This document shows positions 45,551 to 55,121 of a stretch of DNA of 64,000 nucleotides, piece by piece. The stretch is from a virus (taxonomy: Duplodnaviria; Caudoviricetes), in the IMG/VR virus record IMGVR_UViG_3300021093_000004; one strand, written 5' to 3'. The translations under genes were made by a program, and so were the position numbers. Within the stretch, counting starts at the first letter, position 1; every line of letters begins with the position of its first letter. The notes under the pieces are model-generated. The model was not told the DNA's origin. It worked only from the letters and a program-made list of their open reading frames with translations, and searched no databases.

Positions 45551-46392
45551 ACTTGCACCAAGAAATCGATTGCCGTTGTCGCCATGATCTTTATCGCATC
45601 CTCTGGTTTAATCGTTCCCCATGTTCTGTTTATGAGGATTTCTAGATATTCAGGATTGCTTATAATATAATCATCTGGAGTGATACTTGTGATTTTCCTC
45701 GATAAAACTCGCATCTTTGCTTTGTTAAGAATTGATTCGTATGTTGCAAGTGGGCGAACAACTCTGTTTCTCACTAATTGGTTCGATTCTAGATCCATCA
45801 GTAAGTGAGCAAACGCTTTGTTAAAATATCCGCTCTGGAATCCACCATCACGAGATGACCATGGCCTAAATCGGATATAAATTTTCCCTTGTGGTTTTAT
45901 TCTCTGTTTGATCTTCAGAAGTGTCACTACTGGGTCTTGATCGAACTCCAATGACTCATAAATGATCCCAATATCATATGGACCTTCGGCTTCTTCCAGT
46001 GAATTGATGATTTTAACTGACGGTGGTTGGTCGTCGGGGCCGAACTTATAGGTATTGCATACTAATTCGACTTCGGTATTTTGAAATGCATGACCAATTG
46101 GGATCGATGGTCCATTCGAATATTCAAGTATCTTAGCGTTAGAGAGATCGAATTTAACATCTTGAGCCTGTTGTTTCGACACTACTTTCCAATATGCGTT
46201 GGGATGATTTGCAGCCGATGGCCAGAATTCGAATTGACGAATGTCGAGACTTTTAGATGAATCAGGGAGTTGGATCAATTCGGTTTCTGGTGGTAATTCT
46301 GATAAGATGTCTGTACTGAGTAAGCGGGCAACGTGTTCGCATTGCTTGCTCAATAGCAGTAAAGCATTGATAAGTTCTAATCGACTATCCAC
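45544..46392 (-). CDS. Degenerate class I methyltransferase-like protein
   Basis: YDIGIIYESLEF, LKIKQRIKPQGKIYI; motif I is poorly conserved. Confidence 0.55.
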   Translation of the reverse strand: MDSRLELINALLLLSKQCEHVARLLSTDILSELPPETELIQLPDSSKSLDIRQFEFWPSAANHPNAYWKVVSKQQAQDVKFDLSNAKILEYSNGPSIPIGHAFQNTEVELVCNTYKFGPDDQPPSVKIINSLEEAEGPYDIGIIYESLEFDQDPVVTLLKIKQRIKPQGKIYIRFRPWSSRDGGFQSGYFNKAFAHLLMDLESNQLVRNRVVRPLATYESILNKAKMRVLSRKITSITPDDYIISNPEYLEILINRTWGTIKPEDAIKIMATTAIDFLVQVC

Positions 46393-47590
46393 CGAAATCC
46401 TCTTCTACGGTGAATTGAATCTCGACACCCGGAAAAACCGCTCGTATCTGCTTGCGTTGATCATTAGGTAATGAATACTTTGTGAATATCCGCATAAACT
46501 TCCGAATTACATCGACTCTTTTTACACCGTCCAATAATGCATTGTTAGTGAATCTTGATTGAATTGATGACAACTCGGAAACCTGGGTGATTTTCGATCT
46601 GGTCCTGCCTATCTCAAAACGTCGAAAAGCCCGTCCGCATTTGCAACGCTCGTAATCTTCAGAGATATCGGCATAGTCTCCGTTCCAATAGTTTACGAAT
46701 GGCGACGGTAATGAAAAGTAATCATAACTAATCAATCGATAGTTGTCCGAATATGCCCATGACAGCCCATCTAGTAAATGGTAGACGTTGTGTTTGCAAG
46801 TGAAGAAAGTTACTCCTCCGTCCCAGCATCGCATGTGGTCGCACCATGCCTCAATATTTCCGTTCTGTTGTAGTTCAATTACATCCTGAGTGCGTAATTT
46901 ACTGCCAGTATTACTAATTAGTCTGCATAACTTCTTTTTGCACTGTAAACGCTTCGCGTTCCATGCAAGAGACGCGATACTATTAGCTTGAGAATGTATA
47001 ATATCGATTTTGTTTTCAGTAATATATTCAATCAGGTCCTCGTAATACTTGTAATAATTGACGTAGAATGTGCGGTTTGCGATGGCAGAGTGAATTTCGG
47101 CTTGACCTTTTAGCCCATGGGATACCAATGGATTCTGAGTAACGTATGTCTCAATCAGTTGATCGGTATTCGGTTTTACCGTATCAAAATGCAGATATAG
47201 TATCTTAACTGGTCCGGATATGTTGAATTCATCGGCGATAGTCTTGTAATGACTTTCGCATTCTATTGAAGCGTATATGTCACGCCAGATTTTATATCTG
47301 AATGGTGCCCCGGTTGAACCGCTTGTTTCGTTCTCAAATGTGTCGTAATTTGGGAGATACCATTGATCTTTATTGACGAGATCTTGCTTTGTGATAATGC
47401 CGGTGTGTCGGCGGTAGACTGGTGATAATTGTGCCTGCTTAACAATTTTGGTTATGAGGTAAGCAGTGACTTCTCTGATGAATTCTTCACTCTGATACAT
47501 CAAGGTATTGGCAATACCCGCATACTGCTTCAGAAATAGTTGATGATCGGTGTTGCTTCTGAATAATTGGTGAATATCATTTAGGAGCAT
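46385..47590 (-). CDS. Adenylate-forming enzyme, phenylacetate-CoA ligase/CapK-like
   Basis: ETSGSTGAPF P-loop, MRCWDGG, PFVNYWNGD, CKCGR..R.F.IGR. Confidence 0.75.
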   Translation of the reverse strand: MLLNDIHQLFRSNTDHQLFLKQYAGIANTLMYQSEEFIREVTAYLITKIVKQAQLSPVYRRHTGIITKQDLVNKDQWYLPNYDTFENETSGSTGAPFRYKIWRDIYASIECESHYKTIADEFNISGPVKILYLHFDTVKPNTDQLIETYVTQNPLVSHGLKGQAEIHSAIANRTFYVNYYKYYEDLIEYITENKIDIIHSQANSIASLAWNAKRLQCKKKLCRLISNTGSKLRTQDVIELQQNGNIEAWCDHMRCWDGGVTFFTCKHNVYHLLDGLSWAYSDNYRLISYDYFSLPSPFVNYWNGDYADISEDYERCKCGRAFRRFEIGRTRSKITQVSELSSIQSRFTNNALLDGVKRVDVIRKFMRIFTKYSLPNDQRKQIRAVFPGVEIQFTVEEDFGG

Positions 47591-49133
47591 AGCGAGACCA
47601 AAATACTTCGCCTTTGATTATGCGACAATCATGATCCGGTGATGGTAAGGACAAGCATGTTTGTAAACCATCTGATTTTTCGCACAGAGTTCGGCAAGGC
47701 CCGTTTTCACTGTATACATACTGTCCGTTCAGACGGCCAAAGCCAAATTTGAGCCATCGTTGGCTATAAATGAAGTATTTTATGATTTCGTTACGGATAT
47801 CTGCTAATAATTCTGTGTCCGGTGGCAATTCTGTGGTGATAATCCATTCGGATTTGCAATGCTGCTTTAAGTATGCATATGGGTCGATATCATCCGTTAT
47901 AATGAGCCAGTTCGATGGTCCGAATTTGTTGAGATTATTCCTTAAAGCTGTGAGATCGGCTTTGAAGGTTCGGTTGTCTGTGATATACCAATGCTCTACA
48001 TCATTATATTGATGGTTGCAGAGAACCCGATCAGAATATACCCATTTCGTTGTTTGCTGACAATGCGTAGATTGATGTCCAATATGGTCTCCTAAGCTTG
48101 GCTTTGGATAGAAAACTGGCCAATTGTTCTGGGACATCAATATGAAGACTCCAAGATCATCAAAACTAGTCTTTTTCTGGCTTTGTACCCCATAATATCG
48201 TAGTGGAATAAGACTAGACAATATTTCTTGGACGGTTTCATGTGACATGATGATTGAATTCGGTCCGCCGTGGTAATTCGAGACGCTCCTCCAACCATTC
48301 GATGGATCTTTATCGATGGCGTTTGGCCCGAATAAGCTTACCAAATGTGGCTGTTCTGTGAACCACAGAGAATTCTCTAAATAATTGCGAGTGCCGGGAG
48401 CTACCACAATATCATCTTGGATCATGAAAAATGCGTCGGCGTCGATATTTCGAATGAACAACTCGTACAGCCCAAGAATCCAATTGCCAAATATTCCCGT
48501 CTGCTTAAACCTATGAACATATGGCCAATTTGGTCCACAATCGATATATGATCCTGGTTCTGCGAAGATTATCCCAGTGCCCCATCCAGCAGATTCTAAT
48601 GCTTTGATGGATTTTGTGATAGTCGGATATCTTCGTGGGGCTATTGTAACGCCGACAGCCCATTTTCTAATCGTGTCGAATTTTTGTCTTGGTTCATAAA
48701 TTCCAAAGTCTGGATTCTCGTTAAATTCATAAGAAATTCTGAGACGATCTGGGCATAGTTGGCAGCTTTTCTGATCATTTGAAATAATTGTACATTGTCT
48801 ATAATAATGACATTGGTGCTTGCAATTGAGATATTCTGAAATTGGGAGCGGGTCTGAAGGAATATTGAGAGGATCGCCTAATAGTATACAATTGGCGTCT
48901 TTGAACGTTGTTGGTGGTGGAATTACTCCGCTGTTCGTTAGTCGGCGGAATTGAGATCTGAATGGATCAGAGGCGAGATCGAGAGGAGGACTTGTGGCTA
49001 AGCAGTATTCGCAAACCGATGGATCAAATTCTGTTTGGACTTGTACTAATTCGGTGAATTTTTGGCATTCAGCAGATATAGTATAATCTTGGTGCTTTCG
49101 ATGTTTACAATTCAACTTCGATGATTTGTCCAT
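47577..49133 (-). CDS. Cys-rich N-terminal region fused to a GT-A-like glycosyltransferase domain
   Basis: Multiple Cys clusters, then WAVGVTIAPRR, GIFGNW, FFMIQDDI, YPKPSLGDHIG. Confidence 0.6.
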   Translation of the reverse strand: MDKSSKLNCKHRKHQDYTISAECQKFTELVQVQTEFDPSVCEYCLATSPPLDLASDPFRSQFRRLTNSGVIPPPTTFKDANCILLGDPLNIPSDPLPISEYLNCKHQCHYYRQCTIISNDQKSCQLCPDRLRISYEFNENPDFGIYEPRQKFDTIRKWAVGVTIAPRRYPTITKSIKALESAGWGTGIIFAEPGSYIDCGPNWPYVHRFKQTGIFGNWILGLYELFIRNIDADAFFMIQDDIVVAPGTRNYLENSLWFTEQPHLVSLFGPNAIDKDPSNGWRSVSNYHGGPNSIIMSHETVQEILSSLIPLRYYGVQSQKKTSFDDLGVFILMSQNNWPVFYPKPSLGDHIGHQSTHCQQTTKWVYSDRVLCNHQYNDVEHWYITDNRTFKADLTALRNNLNKFGPSNWLIITDDIDPYAYLKQHCKSEWIITTELPPDTELLADIRNEIIKYFIYSQRWLKFGFGRLNGQYVYSENGPCRTLCEKSDGLQTCLSLPSPDHDCRIIKGEVFWSRYAPK

Positions 49134-49353
49134 CGAATTTTCCGTTAGGTAATGCTGCTTGATCTGGCTCCGGATCTTCGTCTCGGAGTTTAAGCCACTT
49201 GTTTTCTAATTTACTCCACTCGTAATACATGAAGCGAAGTGACTCTGGCGTTCCCTCTCCGTGCGCGTGGGGTGAGTGTTCGTGATGCGCATGGTGGTGC
49301 TTCTCACCAGTGAATGCAATAATCGAATCATCGAAGAAGTCTGATTTTTTCAT
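49105..49353 (-). CDS. Small His-rich hypothetical protein
   Basis: KHHHAHHEHSPHAHG; overlaps the start of the next gene. Confidence 0.55.
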   Translation of the reverse strand: MKKSDFFDDSIIAFTGEKHHHAHHEHSPHAHGEGTPESLRFMYYEWSKLENKWLKLRDEDPEPDQAALPNGKFDGQIIEVEL

Positions 49354-49747
49354 TGTAATTCTCTCAGGTCTTGCTGTGTCTATTTAAATATTTGAACGTG
49401 CTTTAACGAATATCGGGTTGCCATATGATATGACGAATCGCTGCCACTTTGCGTGATGAAATTAAATCGCGACCAGATTTATCTGCGATTACTGTTGAGC
49501 ATAAAGAGAATCGGGTTGCCTTCAAGCTCAAAGAAGTAATTTTGTGGGGATCGATATCTAGAAATTGCAACACCATCGGATGCATTTTCTCAGCGGTCTC
49601 GGGGTCTTTACGAAGATCCTAAATCTATTAATAATTTCCCAACCCGGTCGATATGTTCTTTAGTTCGCTTCTCGAAGAAAGCGACCATTTCTGGGGTCGG
49701 ATCAGAGATTTTATCTTCTGAAATCATTCGTAATCTCATGGCCCCAC

Positions 49748-49981
49748 TCAATCATAACCCGGTAGGTCGTCATCGGTTATCTCATCGTTATCGACACCAT
49801 TTACTTCATCTGAAATTTGCCAAAATTCATCATCGTGTTCACTACGCCAATAAGTATCCAACATTTCACTAAGAGCATCTAATATAATTTCTGGTGAATT
49901 GATTGATATAGCCGTACCGACAAGCCACGTATTCTCCATATCTTCTGTAGGCAACAGAAACACTGTGCTAATATCCGACAC
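49748..49981 (-). CDS. Small acidic hypothetical protein
   Basis: 77-aa Asp/Glu-rich ORF. Confidence 0.5.
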   Translation of the reverse strand: MSDISTVFLLPTEDMENTWLVGTAISINSPEIILDALSEMLDTYWRSEHDDEFWQISDEVNGVDNDEITDDDLPGYD

Positions 49982-50124
49982 TTCTTTCTCATAAGCTGGA
50001 CCGACTTTTTGATTGATTTACTTGCAAAAATGCTAGATGTAGTGCTAGACAGCTATAATTCGCATTTAACACTTTGTGGAGGTAAATCCCTATCGATCTT
50101 CATACCGGTGCGAAGTTATAATGA

Positions 50125-50568
50125 GTGATAACCATGTCGCAAAAGCAGAACCGGAATTCCACGACATCAAACGCTTGGGGCGAACCTACATTCTTCGTTG
50201 TTCAAGAATTTGCAATGATAAATGTGGTCAGGTTTGGCTTACCAAGCACGTATGGATCATCGGTGTATCTGATCCAATTTCAAGCCAAGCATCTGGAATA
50301 TCCAGCTTCTGAACCTATTGGTATTTATCATTATGCTGGTATCCGAAGATTTATTTGGAGGGACCGTTTTTGGAACGAAGTCGAAATTGATTATCGAGAT
50401 ATGATGCAGAAGGCTGCAAAGCTGTTGACTCAACCATCCGATCAATCAGAAGCCCAAAATCTCAGAGTATTGTTGAGCTTGTTGCAGCTTTATCGCACAG
50501 CGTCGGCTCCATTATCTCGGCCAGACGAAGAGCAGATGTATTGCCGAGCCATGTACGAAATTAACTGA
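50125..50568 (+). CDS. Hypothetical protein
   Basis: 147-aa ORF. Confidence 0.55.
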   Translation: MITMSQKQNRNSTTSNAWGEPTFFVVQEFAMINVVRFGLPSTYGSSVYLIQFQAKHLEYPASEPIGIYHYAGIRRFIWRDRFWNEVEIDYRDMMQKAAKLLTQPSDQSEAQNLRVLLSLLQLYRTASAPLSRPDEEQMYCRAMYEIN

Positions 50569-50594
50569 CTCGATATCGCCTGATATAAAAATCT

Positions 50595-51014
50595 ATGAAA
50601 CGGATCAAGGCTTACAAACTCGAACTCGCTGAACCTGCACTATGGGTACGACGTGCCGACAGTCGAGCCGTGTTCCACGCCATAGAGTTCATTGAGGATG
50701 CTCTGACGGACGATGGCGAAATGAAATTAGTCCATATCCGCCACAAAGTCGAGCTTGCTGATCCTTCCAACGATGTTATCGCTCTGGTTGGATCAGTGAG
50801 AACGTGCCTAAAAAGCGGTAGAATAGAACCGCAGCCGCCGTCATTGTGGTATTGGAATGGTCAATTTTGGCTTCAGGCTGTGGATAAATTGCGAATTCCT
50901 TATTACAAGCTTCAAATTCGCCAATACGACAAAAAGCAGCACGCACTCTACCCAATAGCTATTGAAAATGCCGACGAATTGTTGGCTACTCTCAAATCGG
51001 GGATGGAAGACTAA
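50595..51014 (+). CDS. Hypothetical protein
   Basis: 139-aa ORF. Confidence 0.6.
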   Translation: MKRIKAYKLELAEPALWVRRADSRAVFHAIEFIEDALTDDGEMKLVHIRHKVELADPSNDVIALVGSVRTCLKSGRIEPQPPSLWYWNGQFWLQAVDKLRIPYYKLQIRQYDKKQHALYPIAIENADELLATLKSGMED

Positions 51015-51316
51015 TGGGTCCAATTACTCCCTCGAATTTCCTGTATTCGAAAGAGGGCGGCGATCTGGTGTTTAGAGCCGGGTCGGTGGAGTTATTCAGA
51101 TCATCAATCGTCGCAATCGCGTACATTAAGATGCTGGATAGACTGTAGCCGCACAAGCACGGGCCGATGGATCTAGTTCGTGAGTGGGAACAGCGAGCAC
51201 GACACTATTGGACCTCTCTTCGTATGGCCGCTGATGATTCGAATAATATCATACACACTCCTGGATTTCTAGGAATGTTTTATAAATCTTCATTAACCAA
51301 TCAATACGTGGTGTAA
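51014..51316 (+). pseudogene. 100-codon ORF interrupted by one in-frame TAG (51146-51148)
   Basis: TAATG-coupled start; MGPITPSNF...IKMLDRL*PHKHGPMDLVREWEQRARHYW...QYVV-TAA. Confidence 0.5.
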
Positions 51317-51359
51317 CACTTCAATATCGAGGTGTCATCCATCACAGGGAGAAACTGAA

Positions 51360-52667
51360 ATGGCGAAGATTAGTACGATCAAAGAAGCGATCATGATTTG
51401 TCGCGATGCCTATGTCACCCCATTCATCTGGGGCCATCGCGGGTTGGGTAAATCAAGTTTGGTGCAACAAGTTGCCGCCGAACAGTCTTGGGGGTTCATC
51501 GACCTTCGATGCTCTCAATTGGAAGCTTCCGATGTTCGTGGGCTTCCTGATCGTGTCAATGGTCGGACGCATTATCTTCCACCAGCCGATATGCCGGTCG
51601 GCGATCTTACTCTGGAACAGATCGAAGCGGAATTGGGCAAAATGCCAGATCCGGGCGATCTCGAAGCCGAACGTCAATACTATCTCAAGCTTCAAAGCTT
51701 GCAACCGCGATTCCAACGCGGAATCCTTTTCATCGACGAAGTGAACCGTGCCCAAGACGATGTGCTTCAAGCCATCTTCCAGTTGGTGCTCGACCGTCGC
51801 GTCGGGATGTATGTCCTTCCTCCCGGATGGTGCGTTGTTGCGGCGGGCAACTATATGGAAGGATACATGGTTACGGGGTTCAATGACCCTGCATTCTTGA
51901 ACCGATTCAGCCACCTGATTTTGAGTGGTGGCGAGACGACTCTCGAAGAGTGGGTCAATTACATGTCCGTCGCCCATGGTCCAACAGCGACCGATGTAAT
52001 CGAATTCGCTTCACAGAACACGAAGCATTTGGACGGTGATGTTGCGGGAGAACTTGGGTTTTCGATTCAGCCGTCTCGCCGATCGTGGGAAATGGTGGTT
52101 CGTGTTGATAAGGCTTGCGAAGCCGGTGGTTATAACGAAACCGCCAGAATAGAAGTGTTGGCCGGGTTGGTCGGTCGAGAATTGGCCCAAGCATTCACCC
52201 GCTATTCATGCCCTGTCAAGCCGCGTGAACTGATTCAACGTGGTGTGAAGGTCTTCGAAGACAAGCTTCGCAAATTGAGCCGGAACGAACTGACCGGTCT
52301 CATGTGGGGTATGGTTTCATTCTGCAAGACGCAGACCGAGAAAGACGAAATTGCTACTGTCTGCCTCGATTTCGCGGAATTCATGGTGGGTGTTACCAGC
52401 GACAAGGATGTTGTAGTTGCATTCTGCCGTGCGTTGGTCAGCGGTGGACACCCTAACGATAAACAGGAAAAGCCACGTGCTGCGGTAATCTCGAATCCGC
52501 GATTGGCAGAAATGATGAGCAAATTCGGCAAGAAAGCCGGAAACGACCGCAAATCGTTTGTGGATCGGTTGGTGGAACGCCCGGCATTGCAACAAGCTTT
52601 GGCCCGCGTTTCGTGGGGCTTTGATGATTCCGAAGAACCAGAACCCCCAAAGAAAGGCAAGAAGTGA
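51360..52667 (+). CDS. MoxR-like AAA+ ATPase
   Basis: WGHRGLGKS, IDLRCSQLEASDVRGLP, LFIDEVNRA, VVAAGN, DPAFLNRF, PSRRSWE. Confidence 0.9.
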   Translation: MAKISTIKEAIMICRDAYVTPFIWGHRGLGKSSLVQQVAAEQSWGFIDLRCSQLEASDVRGLPDRVNGRTHYLPPADMPVGDLTLEQIEAELGKMPDPGDLEAERQYYLKLQSLQPRFQRGILFIDEVNRAQDDVLQAIFQLVLDRRVGMYVLPPGWCVVAAGNYMEGYMVTGFNDPAFLNRFSHLILSGGETTLEEWVNYMSVAHGPTATDVIEFASQNTKHLDGDVAGELGFSIQPSRRSWEMVVRVDKACEAGGYNETARIEVLAGLVGRELAQAFTRYSCPVKPRELIQRGVKVFEDKLRKLSRNELTGLMWGMVSFCKTQTEKDEIATVCLDFAEFMVGVTSDKDVVVAFCRALVSGGHPNDKQEKPRAAVISNPRLAEMMSKFGKKAGNDRKSFVDRLVERPALQQALARVSWGFDDSEEPEPPKKGKK

Positions 52668-52676
52668 TCCCTGTGA

Positions 52677-52848
52677 ATTGATGCCAGTTAGATGTAGCGG
52701 AAACCTTACCGCTGTTGAGTTACGGGGAATGCACCCTAAGTCGGAGCGAGTGAAGCTGGTCGTGCTTGAACTAGCTGCGATGCCGAAAGGCAAAACCTCG
52801 GCAAGCTATCACATCGATGGGAGTTGAGACCCATTAACTGGTGTCAAT
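52677..52848 (+). ncRNA. Candidate multi-stem structured RNA (unassigned)
   Basis: 14-bp closing helix ATTGATGCCAGTTA/TAACTGGTGTCAAT (2 G-U pairs) enclosing GATGT/ACATC, AGCGG/CCGCT, TAGCT/AGCTA with a TGCC-GAAA-GGCA tetraloop hairpin, and ATGGG/CCCAT. Confidence 0.6.
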
Positions 52849-52886
52849 CTTTTGCCACAATGTAATATACCAACAGGGAGTTAAAT

Positions 52887-54344
52887 ATGAGACAGATAGC
52901 TGCGACAGTTCCGGGCGGGCGTGCTCCGGTTGATGAAAAACAAGCGGATCGATTGATGAAGGCTCGCTGCCGCCTGATGATGCGAGAGCCGTGGTACGGT
53001 CACGTTGCTATGAGCATGGTATGGATTCCCAGCCAAATGTCATGGATGGCAGAGAATCGCCGCACGATGGGTGTGCGGATTGTTAACGGTGGTGAGATTC
53101 AATGCTTGTATTATCCGCCGTTTATTGAGACTCTGAACATCAAAGAGTTATATGCGGTCATTCAGCATGAAATCGAGCATATTGTCCGAGTTCACTGTGT
53201 TCGCATTGGTGATCGTGAGCCTGAAGCGTGGAATATCGCCGCCGATATGACGGTGAATGGGCCTCGATCTTCACCACGAATTGGTTATTCAGACCCGACC
53301 ACGAACGAACTGGTGATTCCGTTTAAGAATCAGATCGTCTGGATTCCGGAAGATTGGCCGAAGGATGGAACTTCGGAGCAGTTCTACGATCAACTCAAGG
53401 AACGCCAGCAGACCAAGGTCTGTAACTCGTGTGGTCGCCCGACTCAAGGCCATGGGCAAGGGAAAGGCCCGAAGGGTCAGGGTCAAGGCCAAAAGCCGTC
53501 TCAAGGTGGCGGAACGCCAGGACAGGGCAACGGAACGCCAGAACAGGGCAACGAAACGCCTTCCCAAGGCAACGGAACGCCTCAGAATGGCGGTCAGCCG
53601 GATGAAAACACTTACCCCGGCTGCGGACAAGATCATGATGGCGTCTATCATTATGGTGGAGTTTCGGGGCGTGGATTGGATGACCACAGCGTCTGGAATC
53701 AGTCTGATGTGTCTCAAGATGAAGCCCGTCAGATTGTTAAGGATTTGGTAGATCAAGCGACTCAGAAATGTCAAGGTCATTTTCCGGGCCATCTGCAAGG
53801 TGCTATCCAAGAACTTGGAAAGCCAGTTGTTCGTTGGCGTGAATTGTTGCGACATTATCTTGGCAAGCATGTCGGCAATCAACGGTCCACATATTCTCGT
53901 CGGAACCGCCGCCGAGATTGGTTTGGTGTGCCTGGTATCAGCCACCACGCGGCTGCAAATGTCAACGTGATCGTCGATACGTCCGGTTCCATTGGTGTTC
54001 GTGAATTGGAGCAATTTTTCGCTGAAATTGATTCGATCAGCTCACGTGCAAAGACCATGGTGCTTCAATGGGATGCGGCATTTCAGGGATACGAGAAGTA
54101 TCGCCGTGGCGATTGGAGAAGATTCAAGATCACTGGGCGTGGCGGCACTGACATGGCTAAGCCTGTGCAGTGGGTAATTGATAATCATCTGGTGGCCGAC
54201 GTTCAGGTCATGTTGACGGACGGCTATTGCAACTACACCGATGCTTCGAACGTAAAATTCCCGATTATTACGGTGATTACCACCCCAGAAGGTACTACTA
54301 ATAGCCCTCCATACGGGCATGTCGTTAGGATGAAGGTGGCATGA
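52887..54344 (+). CDS. DUF2201-type putative metallopeptidase plus VWA domain protein (AAA partner)
   Basis: QHEIEH (HExxH), WNIAADMTVN, VIVDTSGSIG (MIDAS), GRGGTD, LTDGY; QGNGTP repeat linker (4 x 21 bp, 53502-53585). Confidence 0.88.
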   Translation: MRQIAATVPGGRAPVDEKQADRLMKARCRLMMREPWYGHVAMSMVWIPSQMSWMAENRRTMGVRIVNGGEIQCLYYPPFIETLNIKELYAVIQHEIEHIVRVHCVRIGDREPEAWNIAADMTVNGPRSSPRIGYSDPTTNELVIPFKNQIVWIPEDWPKDGTSEQFYDQLKERQQTKVCNSCGRPTQGHGQGKGPKGQGQGQKPSQGGGTPGQGNGTPEQGNETPSQGNGTPQNGGQPDENTYPGCGQDHDGVYHYGGVSGRGLDDHSVWNQSDVSQDEARQIVKDLVDQATQKCQGHFPGHLQGAIQELGKPVVRWRELLRHYLGKHVGNQRSTYSRRNRRRDWFGVPGISHHAAANVNVIVDTSGSIGVRELEQFFAEIDSISSRAKTMVLQWDAAFQGYEKYRRGDWRRFKITGRGGTDMAKPVQWVIDNHLVADVQVMLTDGYCNYTDASNVKFPIITVITTPEGTTNSPPYGHVVRMKVA

Positions 54345-54345
54345 T

Positions 54346-54540
54346 GTGGACTCCATCGAATGTGTAATTACGTATAATGACGCTGAATTTGGTGAGCGTA
54401 CATCCATTCGTGATGCTCTCTTCGATTGGTTAGCATCAGATCATATGCGGATGTCAAATCTTCTCTAGGATCATCGCGAAATGACTCAAGTCTATCTTTC
54501 GACAATTCGAAAGGACAAGACTGATTTCAAATATTAGTGA
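54346..54540 (+). pseudogene. Small ORF interrupted by an in-frame TAG (54466-54468), ending TAG-TGA
   Basis: GTG start after GAAGGTGG; MDSIECVITYNDAEFGERTSIRDALFDWLASDHMRMSNLL*DHREMTQVYLSTIRKDKTDFKY**. Confidence 0.4.
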
Positions 54541-54715
54541 TGTTGAAGACTCGGTAAATTCATTCTTGTTTTTGCCGAGTCAATCATCATATTTGAAATG
54601 ACACGCTACACTAATATCCGCACGCTTGCCGATTCAGCTACGAATTTTTTAAATAGAATTCGTGACTCACTACGTAGAATTGGAGTGACGTTGCGGCTTC
54701 TATAATGGAGTTGCA

Positions 54716-54922
54716 ATGTCTGAACCGACAGTACCAAAGGACGCACGACCGAACAGTCAAGCATTCGAAGTTGACGGTCGTATTTGGGTCAAAATTGATA
54801 GAGATTTGGCAGTCAGTCTTGGCGTATTGATACTTGCGACCGACACCAAAAATCCCGCACTACTGGCTCTTGGACATCAATTAAGGAGTTTCAAACATGA
54901 GCAACCGATACCATCCCCATAA
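54716..54922 (+). CDS. Small hypothetical protein
   Basis: SD GGAG; 68 aa. Confidence 0.55.
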   Translation: MSEPTVPKDARPNSQAFEVDGRIWVKIDRDLAVSLGVLILATDTKNPALLALGHQLRSFKHEQPIPSP

Positions 54923-55118
54923 ACATGTTGCGGTCGCTGGTCCGGACAGGGACGACGATTATGACGATGACGATGACGACGACATCGATTATGGCGACGA
55001 TGGCCTCGATGACGACGAGGACGATCTAGACGAAGATCAGGATGAGGACTCAGAATACGAAGATGAAGATGAAGATGAGGATGAAGACGACGACGAAGAT
55101 GAAGACGACTTTGAGTAG
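54897..55118 (+). CDS. Extremely acidic microprotein
   Basis: SD AAGGAG; 73 aa with a C-terminal region dominated by Asp/Glu. Confidence 0.65.
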   Translation: MSNRYHPHKHVAVAGPDRDDDYDDDDDDDIDYGDDGLDDDEDDLDEDQDEDSEYEDEDEDEDEDDDEDEDDFE

Positions 55119-55121
55119 TCG

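Noticed and set aside
49608-49739. Full-length enzyme starting MRLRMISE
   Set aside because: The frame closes at TAA after 43 aa, and neighbouring frames have stops. Kept only as an instance of the N-terminal tag.
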